64,000 bases of DNA from Pseudomonadota bacterium (GCA_014382245.1 JACNKC010000057.1:174-64173), one strand, 5' to 3'. Numbered from the stretch's first letter, positions 7,601 to 17,875 are shown. Notes: generated by a model from the letters alone, not told the origin. Program-made: numbers and translations.

Positions 7601-8848
7601 TCAGCGCAGGTTGGCCAGGTCGATGCTCTTGGGGAAAATCCCGCGGTTGGCGCGGTCGCGCTCCTCCAATCGCTCAATTTCAGCTTCGGGCAGGCCGGCT
7701 TCGGCCATCAGTTCACGGGCGTGCTCTCCTAGCACTGGAGAGGCTGAGCCCAGCCCGGGCTCCTGCCCGTCGAAGGCCAGCGGCGGTCGCGGCAAGCGGC
7801 AGCTTCCGCCCTCGGGGTGCTCGGCTTCGACCAGGGTGTTGCCGTGTCGGACCTGGGGATCCTCGTGAACGCGGTTCACCGGGTTCACCCGGGCCGAGGG
7901 CACGTCAAGCTCGTCGAGCAAGCGGCACAGCGATTCGGTGTCGCGGTCGGCGAGTACGGCGTCCATCTCCTCGGCCAGCTGCTGCCTGTTGGCCACGCGC
8001 CCCCCGAAATTGGCAAACCTGGGATCGGCGTGCAGCTGGCAGCCAAGCGCCTCGCACAGGGCGGCAAAGTCGCTGTCGACTATCAGTATGGTCGACACGT
8101 GGCCGTCGCTGGTGGCAAACAACGGGAAGTAATCGGCAAGTGCCCCCTGTTCGTTTATCTCGTCGCCCAGCAGGGTGTGCTGCCACATGGCGTCGGGCCA
8201 CAGGAAGTACAGCCCCGCGTCCATCATCGACACGGGCAGGAACTGGCCCCGGCCGGTACGCTCGCGCTGAAGCAGCGCTGCGGTTACGGCCTGGGCGGCC
8301 GTCATGCCCGAAACCTTGTCGAACAGCACTGTGCGCACGTTGGCCGGCCTGTCGCCGCCGCCCTGCGCCCCGGCCATGCCGATGGTGGCCTGTACCAGGG
8401 GATCGTACACGCGGCGGTGGACGTAGGGCCCCGACTGCCCGTAGCCAGTGATAGACCCGTAGACGAGGCGGGGATTGACGGCTGCCAGCGACTCGTAGTC
8501 GACACCCAGCTTTGCCGTGACCCCGGGGCGGTAGTTTTCGATAAGCACGTCGGCGGTTTCTACCAGACGCCGCAGGATGGCCGCGTCGTCTGCCTGCTTG
8601 AGGTCCAGGGCTATCGAGCGCTTGTTGCGGTTGAGCACCGAGAACTGTGCGGCGACCCCGTTCCGGTTGTTGCCCATGAAACGCGCGAGGTCACCGGTAC
8701 CCGGCGGCTCAACCTTGACCACGTCGGCGCCCTGGTCGGCCAGTATCATGCCGGCAAGCGGACCAGACACAGTGGAGGTGAGTTCGATGACGCGGTAGCC
8801 GGCCAGCGGCCCAGCGACGGTACGTTGACCATATCCTTTATTCGCCAT
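7601..8848 (-). CDS. Family III CoA-transferase (CaiB/BaiF family)
   Basis: The recognisable protein begins MANKGYGQRTVAGPLAGYRVIELTSTVSGPLAGMILADQGADVVKVEPPGTGD. The track ORF (to 9412) carries a 188-aa low-complexity extension that overlaps the divergent neighbour, so I trimmed it to the ATG at 8848. Confidence 0.85.
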   Translation of the reverse strand: MANKGYGQRTVAGPLAGYRVIELTSTVSGPLAGMILADQGADVVKVEPPGTGDLARFMGNNRNGVAAQFSVLNRNKRSIALDLKQADDAAILRRLVETADVLIENYRPGVTAKLGVDYESLAAVNPRLVYGSITGYGQSGPYVHRRVYDPLVQATIGMAGAQGGGDRPANVRTVLFDKVSGMTAAQAVTAALLQRERTGRGQFLPVSMMDAGLYFLWPDAMWQHTLLGDEINEQGALADYFPLFATSDGHVSTILIVDSDFAALCEALGCQLHADPRFANFGGRVANRQQLAEEMDAVLADRDTESLCRLLDELDVPSARVNPVNRVHEDPQVRHGNTLVEAEHPEGGSCRLPRPPLAFDGQEPGLGSASPVLGEHARELMAEAGLPEAEIERLEERDRANRGIFPKSIDLANLR

Positions 8849-8933
8849 GGGGGTAATATTTTGACTCGCCCACGCTGTGTCCAATCCCGAAAGTGGGTTA
8901 TCGGACGCTTCCCCCTTTTGATAGGGTTCGCGC

Positions 8934-10700
8934 ATGCTCCACGCGATTCCGGGTTGGCGCCAGCATAAGCTGGCTGTTTCGGTGATCTGCGTGGCTCTTA
9001 CCGCCGCTGCTGCTTGCACGCGGACACCGGCTACCACGGTGTTCGTGGCCCGTAGTGTTGTGACCATGGACCCGGCGAATCCACGGGCCGAGGCCGTGGC
9101 GGTGGCCGAGGGAAAGATCCTCGCGGTGGGCAGTCGCGAGGAGCTCTCGCCGCTGGCCGGCTGCAAGGGCTGCGTGATCGACAAGCGCTTTGCCGACGAT
9201 GTGCTGTTGCCCGGCTTCGTGGAGAACCACCTGCACCCCGACATGGCAGCCATGCTGCTGGCGTTACCGATAACGGCACCGTTTGACTGGGAACTGCCGG
9301 GCGGAACGATCAAGGGCATACGCGGCAGGCAGGCTTTTCTCGACAGGTTGCGCGAACTCGATGCCGCTCTTGGCGACGGCTCTCTTGAAGACGGTGGCCA
9401 GCCGCTGATCACCTGGGGCTACCACGATTTCTTTCACGGTGCGGGACTCGACCGAGACGCGCTCGACGCGGTGTCGACCACGCGCGCAGTGGTGGCCTGG
9501 CACCGTTCGTTTCACGAGGTCATAGCCAATTCGGTCGCGCTCGAGTGGATGGGAGTCACCCGCGAGACGGCGGCGCGGCTGCCCGGTGTCGCTTTGCGCG
9601 CAGACGGCGAGCCCACCGGCCGCCTGTCGGAGCTGGGGCTGCTGGTCGCGCTCGGTACGCTGTCCCCGGTGGTGCTGGGCGAAGAGGCCATGGATCGCGG
9701 TCACTCCATCGTGCGGCAGATGATACACCGCGGCGGCATCACCACGGTTGTCGACATGGCCTACGGCATGTTCAGCGACGAGCGCGAGTGGCCGATTCTC
9801 AAGCGCAACCTCGACCGCGACGACGTGCCTTTTCGCACCCGCCTGGTGCCTCTGCCCTTCGCCCTGGGACGCGAGTGGGGCGAGGATCTGTTCGACAGGG
9901 TAGAGGCCCTGCCGCAACGCAACAGTGAGCGCCTGGCCTTCGTGCGGCAGGTCAAGATGATAGGAGACGGCGCGTTCTTTTCCCTGTTGATGCGAATGCA
10001 ACCGCCGGGATACCTGGAGGGGGGAGTGGGCGAGTGGAACACCGAGCCGGGGCGCATGGTCGAGGGTCTCGCGCCCTGGTGGAAAGCGGGCTACCAGCTG
10101 CACGTGCACAGCAACGGCGACGCGGCCCAGGTGGCGGTGCTCGACGCGCTCGATCAGCTGCAGGCCGAGCACCCGCGAGAGGATCACCGCTTTACCTTTC
10201 ATCACTTTGCGCAGGCGCGCCCGAACGAGCTGGATCGCATGGCCGCGGCCGGTGCGTTGGTGTCAGCCAACGTGTACTACAACTACTTCATGGCCGACAT
10301 TTACGCCGAGCGCGGGCTTGGCCTGCCGCGCGCCGAGAAGATCACGCCGCTGGGGTCGCTGGTCAAGCGCGGGGTGAAGGTGTCGCTGCATTCCGACCTG
10401 CCCATGGGGCCGGCGCGCCCGCTGCTCGCGGCCTGGGCCGCTGCCACTCGGCTGACCCATGAAGGCAAGACCCGTGGCGCCGACGAGGCGCTTACCCCGG
10501 GGCAGGCCCTGCTCGCGATCACCAGCGACGCGGCCTACGCGGTGGGTATGGAAGACGAGGTTGGCAGCATACGAGTGGGCCTCAGGGCCGACTTCGTGGC
10601 GTTGCCCGACGATCCGTTGTCGGTGGAGCTAGACGAGTGGCCCAACATTATCCCGGTGGCCACCGTGCTCTCGGGTAAAGTTTACCCGGTCAGGCAATAG
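8934..10700 (+). CDS. Amidohydrolase family (amidohydrolase-3 / YtcJ-like) lipoprotein
   Basis: 588 aa. Signal with lipobox-like LTAAAAC. VVTMDPANPRAEAVAVAEGKILAVGS and LLPGFVENHLHP are metal-binding motifs typical of this family. Confidence 0.8.
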   Translation: MLHAIPGWRQHKLAVSVICVALTAAAACTRTPATTVFVARSVVTMDPANPRAEAVAVAEGKILAVGSREELSPLAGCKGCVIDKRFADDVLLPGFVENHLHPDMAAMLLALPITAPFDWELPGGTIKGIRGRQAFLDRLRELDAALGDGSLEDGGQPLITWGYHDFFHGAGLDRDALDAVSTTRAVVAWHRSFHEVIANSVALEWMGVTRETAARLPGVALRADGEPTGRLSELGLLVALGTLSPVVLGEEAMDRGHSIVRQMIHRGGITTVVDMAYGMFSDEREWPILKRNLDRDDVPFRTRLVPLPFALGREWGEDLFDRVEALPQRNSERLAFVRQVKMIGDGAFFSLLMRMQPPGYLEGGVGEWNTEPGRMVEGLAPWWKAGYQLHVHSNGDAAQVAVLDALDQLQAEHPREDHRFTFHHFAQARPNELDRMAAAGALVSANVYYNYFMADIYAERGLGLPRAEKITPLGSLVKRGVKVSLHSDLPMGPARPLLAAWAAATRLTHEGKTRGADEALTPGQALLAITSDAAYAVGMEDEVGSIRVGLRADFVALPDDPLSVELDEWPNIIPVATVLSGKVYPVRQ

Positions 10701-11751
10701 CAGCGGCAAGCGCGGCGGCGGCATCGGCCATGGCCTGGCGCGCCCCGCGGCTCACCTGGGTGGTGTTGGCAAAGCCGTGCACTTGGCCTTCGACACGGCA
10801 CAGCGTTACCGGCACTCCGGCCAGTTCGAGTCGCTCGGCGTATGCTTCGCCCTCGTCTCTGAGGGGGTCGAAGCCGGCCGTGGTGACGTAAGCCGGTGGC
10901 AGGCCCGAAAGGTCTTCTGCCAGCAGCGGCGAAGCCGAGGGGTCTTCGACGGCCTGCTGGCGGTCACCCGTGTAGTGGCGGATGTACCACTCCATCTGCG
11001 AGGCGGTCAGAAAAAAACCGTCGGCGAACAAGCGGTACGATTCGCTGCGGGCCGACAGGTCGGTGACCGGGTAGATTGGCAGCTGGAAGGCCGGCGAGGG
11101 TCCGCCGTCGCGCGTGGCGCGCAGCGAAACCGAGGCCGCCAGGTTGCCACCGGCGCTGTCGCCGCCAACCGCCACCCGCGATGCGTTGATGGCCAGGCGC
11201 TCGGCGTTTTCGAGCGCCCAGCGAAACGCCGCCAGGGCGTCGTCGGTCGCCGCCGGAAAGGGATGTTCGGGGGCCAGCCGGTAGTCCACCGATAATACCT
11301 TGACGCCGGCCTTCTCTGCGAGGAATCGGCAGGGCTGGTCATGGCTGTCGATGCTGCCCACCACCCATCCTCCACCGTGGTAGTAGACCAGCAGGCCGCC
11401 GCCATCGGCGCAAGCGTGGGGCACGTAGAGTCGCGCGGCGAGTTCGCCGTCCGCGCCAGCGCAGGAGAGTTCCTCGACGCGTTGCATGGCTATGGGTTCA
11501 CCGCTTGCGACAGCCGCGCCGCTTTCGATGTGCTGCCGTACCTCGGCCACGGTCAGGTCGTCGTATGATGGGTGATCGTCGAACGACATCGCGAGCAGCA
11601 GCAGTTGCACGTCTGCGTCCAGCGTGAGGCCATCCACGCGGGTGGAACTGCCACCGGCGAGCAGGAGCTGCAGGCGTTCGGGCAGAGCCATCATCGATCG
11701 CAGCAACAGGCGTTGGGCTTTTTCAGCGAGGCCGAGCGGGCGTGGTTCCAT
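10690..11751 (-). CDS. Alpha/beta hydrolase fold-3 esterase/lipase (hormone-sensitive-lipase family)
   Basis: HGGG oxyanion motif (VYYHGGGWVVGS) and GDSAGG nucleophile elbow. Start chosen at ATG 11751, 9 nt after a GGAGG SD; the track ORF starts at GTG 11775. The 3' end overlaps the convergent amidohydrolase by 11 nt. Confidence 0.85.
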   Translation of the reverse strand: MEPRPLGLAEKAQRLLLRSMMALPERLQLLLAGGSSTRVDGLTLDADVQLLLLAMSFDDHPSYDDLTVAEVRQHIESGAAVASGEPIAMQRVEELSCAGADGELAARLYVPHACADGGGLLVYYHGGGWVVGSIDSHDQPCRFLAEKAGVKVLSVDYRLAPEHPFPAATDDALAAFRWALENAERLAINASRVAVGGDSAGGNLAASVSLRATRDGGPSPAFQLPIYPVTDLSARSESYRLFADGFFLTASQMEWYIRHYTGDRQQAVEDPSASPLLAEDLSGLPPAYVTTAGFDPLRDEGEAYAERLELAGVPVTLCRVEGQVHGFANTTQVSRGARQAMADAAAALAAAIA

Positions 11752-11852
11752 GGTGGTCATCCTCCGCGGCAACACGATTACGATATCGCGGAGGGCGAGA
11801 CCAGGGCCGGCGGGTAGTTACATATCGGGGACAAGATGATAAAAGGCTTGGG

Positions 11853-12674
11853 GTGGAAGTTCTTCTTACAGGCGCGGCCCTCGGGGCCGAAGTAAGGGGG
11901 CTTGATCTCACCCGCGAATTGACGGGTACAGAGTTAGCAGCGGTGACGGCGGCGCTGGTCGAACACAAGGTGCTGTTTTTTCGCGACCAGCCTCTTGGGC
12001 CGGCCGACCACCACCGCTTTGCGTCATACTTCGGGCCGCTGCAACGCCACCCCGCGTTTCCGCACGTGGACGACTACCCCGAGCTCACCATACTCGAAAG
12101 CGACCGCGCGCGTCCTTCAAAAATAGACAAGTGGCACTGCGACATGACTTACCTCGAGTGCCCACCGCTGGGCAGCGTGCTCAGGGCTACCGTCATTCCT
12201 GACAAGGGCGGCGACACGATGTGGATGAATCTCGAGGCGGCCTGGCAGGCGCTGCCCCTGGACTTGCAGCAAAGGTTGGCCCAAATGCAGGCCGAGCACA
12301 GCTTTGCGCATGGCTACCGAGAGAGCCTGGCCGAACCCGGCGGCAGGGACCGTCTCGCGCGGGCCGTGGCCGACAACCCGCCCGTGCTGCACCCGGTGAT
12401 GCGTCGTCACCCGGTCAGCAAGCGGCCCTGCTTGTTCGTCAACAGCCTGTTCACCACGCGCCTGCTTGGCATGGAAGAACGCGAGAGCGAGCAACTGCTG
12501 GCGCGGCTGTACGCGCACATCGAGAAGCCGGAGTTTCGGTACCGCTTCAGTTGGGAGGTCGACTCGATCGCTTTCTGGGACAACCGAGCCACGCAGCATA
12601 AGCCGGTACAGGATTGGTGGCCGGCGCGGCGTTGTCACCAGCGCATTACCATAGAGGGCGACAGACCGGTGTGA
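11853..12674 (+). CDS. TauD/TfdA-family Fe(II)/2-oxoglutarate dioxygenase
   Basis: HxD facial-triad motif (KWHCDMTY) and a TauD-like N-terminus (GAEVRGLDL..). I chose the start at in-frame GTG 11853 because the track ORF begins at 11742, inside the divergent esterase. The start is uncertain. Confidence 0.75.
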   Translation: MEVLLTGAALGAEVRGLDLTRELTGTELAAVTAALVEHKVLFFRDQPLGPADHHRFASYFGPLQRHPAFPHVDDYPELTILESDRARPSKIDKWHCDMTYLECPPLGSVLRATVIPDKGGDTMWMNLEAAWQALPLDLQQRLAQMQAEHSFAHGYRESLAEPGGRDRLARAVADNPPVLHPVMRRHPVSKRPCLFVNSLFTTRLLGMEERESEQLLARLYAHIEKPEFRYRFSWEVDSIAFWDNRATQHKPVQDWWPARRCHQRITIEGDRPV

Positions 12675-12676
12675 AG

Positions 12677-13414
12677 TCAGTCGCTGTCGGCGGCGCTGCG
12701 AAAAAACTCTAGCGCCCACCGGGCGATGACCCCGCCGTCGGTGTCCTCGGCCAGCGAAGCCAGTGACCGGTTCCACAGATCATCCGCGTACAACCCGCGC
12801 CTGCTTTCGTACAAGCCCAGCGCGTACTCGGGGCTGAACTCGGGATGGCCCTGGCAACTCATCACGTGCTTGCCGATGCGGTACATCGAAACAGGGCAGG
12901 AGTCACTGGAGCCCACGAGGCTGGCACCGTCAGGCAGGCGCGTCACCTGGTCCCGGTGGCTGTGTATGAGCTGCAGCTTGCCGTGCGTGCCGGCAACGGA
13001 ATCTCCGCCGGCAGCGGCCCAGGGAAACGGCGACTCGATGCGCGTGCTGTGCACACCGAGCGTCCACCCCTGCTCGGCCAGCTCAGCGCGGCCGCCCAGT
13101 GCGCGGGCTACCAACTGGTGGCCAAAGCATACGGCGAACAGCGGTCGGCTCGCTTCGGCCAGCCGTACGACGTAGCTCTCGAGCGGAGCAATCCACTCCA
13201 ATTCGTCGTAAACACTGTGCCGGCCGCCGGTCATCAGGTAGCCATCGCAATCATCGATCGAGTCGGGAAACTCGCCGAGCCGCACATCCCAGCAAGCGAA
13301 TTGCAGAGAGGGATCCACGCCACCGAGCAGGCGGGCGAACATGTCGCTATACTGGCCGTGCGTGGCGGCGAGCGCGGGCTGGACTGAGTCGGTGAGAAGT
13401 ATGCCTATCTTCAT
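12677..13414 (-). CDS. Class I glutamine amidotransferase-like protein
   Basis: 245 aa. MKIGILLTDS.. with nucleophile-elbow motif FAVCFGHQLVARALGG, typical of GATase1 domains. Confidence 0.8.
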   Translation of the reverse strand: MKIGILLTDSVQPALAATHGQYSDMFARLLGGVDPSLQFACWDVRLGEFPDSIDDCDGYLMTGGRHSVYDELEWIAPLESYVVRLAEASRPLFAVCFGHQLVARALGGRAELAEQGWTLGVHSTRIESPFPWAAAGGDSVAGTHGKLQLIHSHRDQVTRLPDGASLVGSSDSCPVSMYRIGKHVMSCQGHPEFSPEYALGLYESRRGLYADDLWNRSLASLAEDTDGGVIARWALEFFRSAADSD

Positions 13415-13426
13415 GGGGGGAACAGT

Positions 13427-14848
13427 TTGAACAGCATAGACGCTACGGTCAACGAAGTCCTTGGTCCCCTGGCCGACGCCATGGCCGCGGTAGTTTTCTA
13501 CGCTGTACCCATAGGCGACGCGCAGGTGCCGCTCATCGTGGCCTGGTTGATAGGCGCGGGCCTGTTTTTCACCTTCTACCTGCGCTTCATCAATTTTCGT
13601 GGCATGGCCGAGGGCCTGCGCATAGTTAGCGGCAAGCGCCGCTCTCCGGGTTCGAGCGGGGAGATCAGTCCCTGGGGAGCGCTTTCGACGGCAGTGTCGG
13701 GCACCGTGGGCATTGGCAACATAGGCGGCGTGGCCGTGGCGATTTCAATGGGTGGCCCCGGGGCCACCTTCTGGCTGCTGGTGGCCGGGCTGCTGGGCAT
13801 GGCCAGCAAGTGTGCCGAGTGCGTGCTGGGGGTACGCTACCGCCAGGTCGACGAGAACGGCCAGGTGTCGGGCGGCCCGATGTACTACCTGCGCGAGGGG
13901 TTCGGCGAGCGCGGCTGGCCGCTGGTGGGCCGAGCCCTGGGTGGGTTCTACGCGGTGGCCATCGTGCAGGGCTGCCTGGGCGCGGGCAACATGTTCCAGA
14001 GCAACCAGGTTTTCGAACAACTGCTGGTCGTGACCGGCGGTGCCGACGGCCCCATGGCCGGGCACTCACTGGAGGTGGGCCTGCTGCTGGCCGTGGCCGT
14101 GGGCCTGGTGCTGGTGGGCGGCATACAATCCATAGCCCGTGTCACCACTCGCCTGGTGCCGTTCATGGCCTTGTTCTACTGCCTGGGCGCGCTGTTGGTC
14201 ATCGGCCTTAACTTCGACAAGGTCCCGGGCGCGTTTGCTTCGATATGGCACGGGGCGTTCTCGCCCGAGGGCATAAGCGGCGGCGTGCTGGGCGTGATGA
14301 TGCTCGGGTTTCGCCGCGCGGCTTTCTCAAACGAGGCTGGACTCGGCTCGGCAGCCATCGCCCACTCGGCGGTAAACACCCACCACCCTGCTACCGAGGG
14401 CCTGGTCGGCTTGCTCGAACCGTTTATCGACACTGTCGTGATCTGCACCATGACGGCGCTGGTTATTCTCACCACGGTGTACGAACCATCGCTGGCGGGC
14501 AGCGGCGTGCAGGGCGTGGCGCTTACGTCGCGTGCTTTTGAGAGCACGCTGTCGTGGGCGCCGGCAGCCGTTGGCCTGGCCGCGCTGCTGTTCGCGTACT
14601 CCACGATGATCGCCTGGGGTTACTACGGGCTCAAGGGTTGGACCTACCTGGTGGGCGACTCGCGCGTGGCCGATCTTTCTTTCAAGCTGGTCTACTGCGC
14701 TTTCGTCGTGCTGGGCTGTGTGCTCGATCTTGACGCCGTGCTTACCATGTCCGACGCGCTGTTGTTCGTAGTGGCAGTGCCTAACGTCATAGGACTGTAC
14801 GTGTTGGCGCCGCGCATACGCGAGAGCCTCGACGACTACTTCTCCTGA
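13427..14848 (+). CDS. Alanine/glycine:cation symporter (AGCS) family transporter
   Basis: 473 aa, polytopic. GPGATFWLLVAGLLGMASKCAECVLGVRYR is the AGCS signature region. TTG start lies 6 nt after a GGGGGG SD. Confidence 0.88.
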   Translation: MNSIDATVNEVLGPLADAMAAVVFYAVPIGDAQVPLIVAWLIGAGLFFTFYLRFINFRGMAEGLRIVSGKRRSPGSSGEISPWGALSTAVSGTVGIGNIGGVAVAISMGGPGATFWLLVAGLLGMASKCAECVLGVRYRQVDENGQVSGGPMYYLREGFGERGWPLVGRALGGFYAVAIVQGCLGAGNMFQSNQVFEQLLVVTGGADGPMAGHSLEVGLLLAVAVGLVLVGGIQSIARVTTRLVPFMALFYCLGALLVIGLNFDKVPGAFASIWHGAFSPEGISGGVLGVMMLGFRRAAFSNEAGLGSAAIAHSAVNTHHPATEGLVGLLEPFIDTVVICTMTALVILTTVYEPSLAGSGVQGVALTSRAFESTLSWAPAAVGLAALLFAYSTMIAWGYYGLKGWTYLVGDSRVADLSFKLVYCAFVVLGCVLDLDAVLTMSDALLFVVAVPNVIGLYVLAPRIRESLDDYFS

Positions 14849-14876
14849 GTGTTGCTGGCGGGTTTGCCTGAGGGTC

Positions 14877-14899
14877 GCGGGCGGGCTGTGCCCGTCCGC
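14877..14899. terminator. Candidate bidirectional terminator hairpin
   Basis: GCGGGCGGG-ctgtg-CCCGTCCGC, a 9-bp stem with one G-T wobble, lies in the 56-nt gap between convergent genes. No U-tract. Confidence 0.3.
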
Positions 14900-14904
14900 C
14901 GTGG

Positions 14905-16653
14905 CTACTTTGCCTGCAGCGCGAGGTCCTCGATGTCGTTGGTAGAGGCAGCCGACAAGCGGGCGAGCGCAGCCGTGTCGCCAGCCAGTGCTGCGTCGAA
15001 AAAATTGAGCAGCAGGTAGTTGATGATGTCGTGGCCGTGGCGCCAGGGCAGGTGCAGGGGCGAGCATGCGTCGCCGTCACCGGTGAGCAGGTTACCCAGC
15101 GGCCCCGGTATGTCGCAGGCGTGGCTGAAAGCCAGGTGGCCGCCGTCCAGCAGGGTGCCCAGTGCCGTGAAGGGAGCGTTGGCCGGCAGGTTGTCGAAGG
15201 GGCGCTGCTGGTTGTCGGCCAGGGGCGTAGTCTGGTCGAGCGTACCTGCCATCAACATTGTGGGAACGGTGATTCCCGTGAAGAAGGCGTCGTCAAACAT
15301 GAAAGCCGCCGGCGCCAGTGGGGCTATGGCTTTCACCCGCGTGTCGGTGAAGGTTCCGCCGAAGGGGTCAATTTCAAAGCCAGCCACGATGAGCGGCTCG
15401 TCGTAGAAAAAGGCGCCGCCGGCGATCGCCAGGGTCGTGTATCCGCCGAACGAATGGCCGCTCATGCCTATGCGTGTCGCGTCGATGGCGCCTTCGAGAA
15501 AGTCCCCGGGCGTGGCGTTGGCCGCCAGCAGTTCATCGAGCAGGAAGCTGATGTCCACGGGGCGATTGACGGCCGAATCAAAATCAACGACCCCGTTGAG
15601 CAGGTCGGGCAGGGTGTTGCCGTGGTGGTCGGGGGAAGCCACCACGTAGCCGTGGCTGGCGAGGTGGGTGACGAGGTAGATAGACTGGTTGCGCGTACCC
15701 GCGAAGCCGTGCGAGAACACCAGCAAGGGAAAGCTGCCGGTCGCCATGGCCACGTCGCGGTAGGCGGGAGAGGGTGGCATCTGTCCGCCCATCAGCGTGG
15801 TAGCATCCAGTGGTATACCGGCGGTGGCCGCTGCAGTTGAGGGGTAGAACAGTTCCACGGCGACCGGCCTCGCGGACAGTCCATCGACGTCGAGCCGGGA
15901 GACGTCCGCCATCTGCAAGGTGGTGACTCCCACCGGCCACTGGCCGAGCGCAGCCGTGGCATCGAGATCGTTGGGCGGGTAAGTCGCTTGTGCGTAGTGG
16001 CGCCAGCGCGTCAGCAGCGAGTCGACGAAGGCGGCCGTGCGCTCGCCGATGTCGACTCCCGGCGCGCTCACAACAGCGTCGAGATCGTCGCCACAGGACC
16101 GGGAGGCGCGATCTACGGCCCACTGCCTCCGGTCGGCCACGGCCAGGTCCCGCGCAAGCCTGTCGCAGCCACTCCCCGTGTAGTTCACAAGCAGGCAGTC
16201 GCGACCCGTGGTTTGCACCAGGCGGTCGGCCAGTTTACCGGCCACGCGGGCCAGTCGGTTGCGGCAGCGCAGCTGCTTGCGCGAAAGCAGCGAGTCGTCG
16301 ACTGCGCGGATGGTGTCGTCGAGCTCAGTGGCGTAGGTGGTGCAGGTGCGGGGTACCTGCGAGGCCATGTTGACGAGTCCGGGGTATCCCAGTGCCCAGG
16401 CGTCGTCGTCGTCGCAGTTGTCGGTGACGGCACGGCGAGTGCGCAGCAGGATGTTACCCTCGCTGCTCCCCCGCCGCCGGGATCGATTCGCCCGTTTGAG
16501 GCAGCGCTCGGCTTCCCTGCCCGAGCTGCTGACGCAGGTGGCGGTATCGGCGCCAGCGGGCCCCGGGGGCAGCAACAAGGCCGCCGTCAGCAGGGCCACG
16601 GCAATTGCCGTGGCAGGAACGATCGCCGCCTGTTGGTAGTAAGAGCAGGTCAT
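14905..16653 (-). CDS. Secreted alpha/beta hydrolase (PAF-acetylhydrolase-like) with an N-terminal Cys-containing domain of unknown function
   Basis: C-terminal half has LLVFSHGFAGTRN and GMSGHSFGG (GxSxG). Start placed at ATG 16653, which gives signal peptide MTCSYYQQAAIVPATAIAVALLTAALLL. The track ORF starts at 16716. Confidence 0.7.
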   Translation of the reverse strand: MTCSYYQQAAIVPATAIAVALLTAALLLPPGPAGADTATCVSSSGREAERCLKRANRSRRRGSSEGNILLRTRRAVTDNCDDDDAWALGYPGLVNMASQVPRTCTTYATELDDTIRAVDDSLLSRKQLRCRNRLARVAGKLADRLVQTTGRDCLLVNYTGSGCDRLARDLAVADRRQWAVDRASRSCGDDLDAVVSAPGVDIGERTAAFVDSLLTRWRHYAQATYPPNDLDATAALGQWPVGVTTLQMADVSRLDVDGLSARPVAVELFYPSTAAATAGIPLDATTLMGGQMPPSPAYRDVAMATGSFPLLVFSHGFAGTRNQSIYLVTHLASHGYVVASPDHHGNTLPDLLNGVVDFDSAVNRPVDISFLLDELLAANATPGDFLEGAIDATRIGMSGHSFGGYTTLAIAGGAFFYDEPLIVAGFEIDPFGGTFTDTRVKAIAPLAPAAFMFDDAFFTGITVPTMLMAGTLDQTTPLADNQQRPFDNLPANAPFTALGTLLDGGHLAFSHACDIPGPLGNLLTGDGDACSPLHLPWRHGHDIINYLLLNFFDAALAGDTAALARLSAASTNDIEDLALQAK

Positions 16654-16869
16654 GCTGCAGCCGTTTCGTGCGTGCCAGGGTCGGGCGGTGCGACGCCGGG
16701 CCACGGGCAGGAGCATGACCCACCGGGCGGAGGCTTGTCAAGGTTGTATCGTTAGGTGGTGGGTGGCTTTGTTGCCTTTACCGCCAATGAAGGTGACATT
16801 CTCCTGGCCGGGTATATTCCGGGTACCCGGGTCGCGAGCTCACGTGGCCCGGCGCAACTGGGGGAGCAC

Positions 16870-17865
16870 GTGGAGTATGCAGTAGTAGTCGGGGGAGGGC
16901 AGGTCGAGCAGGAAGGGCACGGCCTGGAGGCCTTTGTTGGGCAGGCCCAGCTGGCCGAGTCGCTGGGTTATACGACCGTCTTCGTGCCCGACCATTATCT
17001 TTTTGAACAGATGGGCGAGCTCAAGACCGAGCAGCCAACCTACGAGTTGTTTGCGCTGCTTGGTGCCATCGCCCAGCGCACGCGCAGCATCAAGCTGGGC
17101 AGCCACGTGGCCTGCACGCTGTTTCGTCACCCGGCCATGCTCGCTCGCCAGTTTGCCCAGCTCGACGAGCTCAGTGGAGGTCGCGTGATTGCCGGCGTGG
17201 GTGCGGGCTGGACGAGGTCCGAGTTCGAGATGTTCGGACTGGACTTTCCGCCGGTGTCCGAGCGCCTGCGTATGATGGACGAGGCGGTGGAGATCATGCA
17301 GGCACTGTGGACCGGCGAGCCCTGCAGTTTTGACGGCGAGCACTATCGCCTGCGCGACGCCGTGGCCAGGCCGACCCCGACGCAACAGCCGCGACCACCG
17401 CTGATGCTGGGCGGCGGTGGCAAGGGCATACTCCGGCGCGCCGGGCGCTGGGCCGACATCCTCCACATGGTGCCCGAGATCGGCAAGGCCGGTACGACCA
17501 CGATGGAGAACGTGTCCGCCTTTCACGACGACGTGGTGGCAGAAAAGCTAGCACTGGTGCGAGAGGAGGCCAAGGATGCCGGCCGGCCGGACGGTGCCGT
17601 GCGCTACGCTACGACGATTTTCGTTTACCAGCCCGCCGACAGTGAGAAGCAGGCCGCCGAGACCGCCGAGGGCGCGGCTGCCATGTTCGGGCTCACGGCC
17701 GAGCAGTTCTGCCGTCACCCGGCCGTGCTCGCGGGAACTACCGATCAGATGGTCGAGGAACTGCAGCGTCGTGAGCGCGTGCACGGATTGTCCATCGTTG
17801 CGCTGGAGGCGACCGGGCTCGACAGTATCCGCAATTTCGCCGAGCGTATAATCGCCAACGGCTAA
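16870..17865 (+). CDS. Luciferase-like (LLM class) flavin/F420-dependent oxidoreductase
   Basis: AESLGYTTVFVPDHYLF.., GAGWTRSEFEMFG and the overall LLM layout. Start set at GTG 16870 after GGGGAG; the track ORF starts at 16756. The start is uncertain. Confidence 0.75.
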   Translation: MEYAVVVGGGQVEQEGHGLEAFVGQAQLAESLGYTTVFVPDHYLFEQMGELKTEQPTYELFALLGAIAQRTRSIKLGSHVACTLFRHPAMLARQFAQLDELSGGRVIAGVGAGWTRSEFEMFGLDFPPVSERLRMMDEAVEIMQALWTGEPCSFDGEHYRLRDAVARPTPTQQPRPPLMLGGGGKGILRRAGRWADILHMVPEIGKAGTTTMENVSAFHDDVVAEKLALVREEAKDAGRPDGAVRYATTIFVYQPADSEKQAAETAEGAAAMFGLTAEQFCRHPAVLAGTTDQMVEELQRRERVHGLSIVALEATGLDSIRNFAERIIANG

Positions 17866-17875
17866 CAGGGTGGAC

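Noticed and set aside
8849-9412. A 188-aa N-terminal extension of the CoA-transferase ORF (track ORF 7601-9412)
   Set aside because: The extension is low-complexity, overlaps the divergent amidohydrolase gene, and precedes the conserved family-III N-terminus. The ATG at 8848 gives a normal-length protein. Similar trims were applied at 48001-48339, 48387-48497, 33747-33896, 26160-26222 and 57286-57609.
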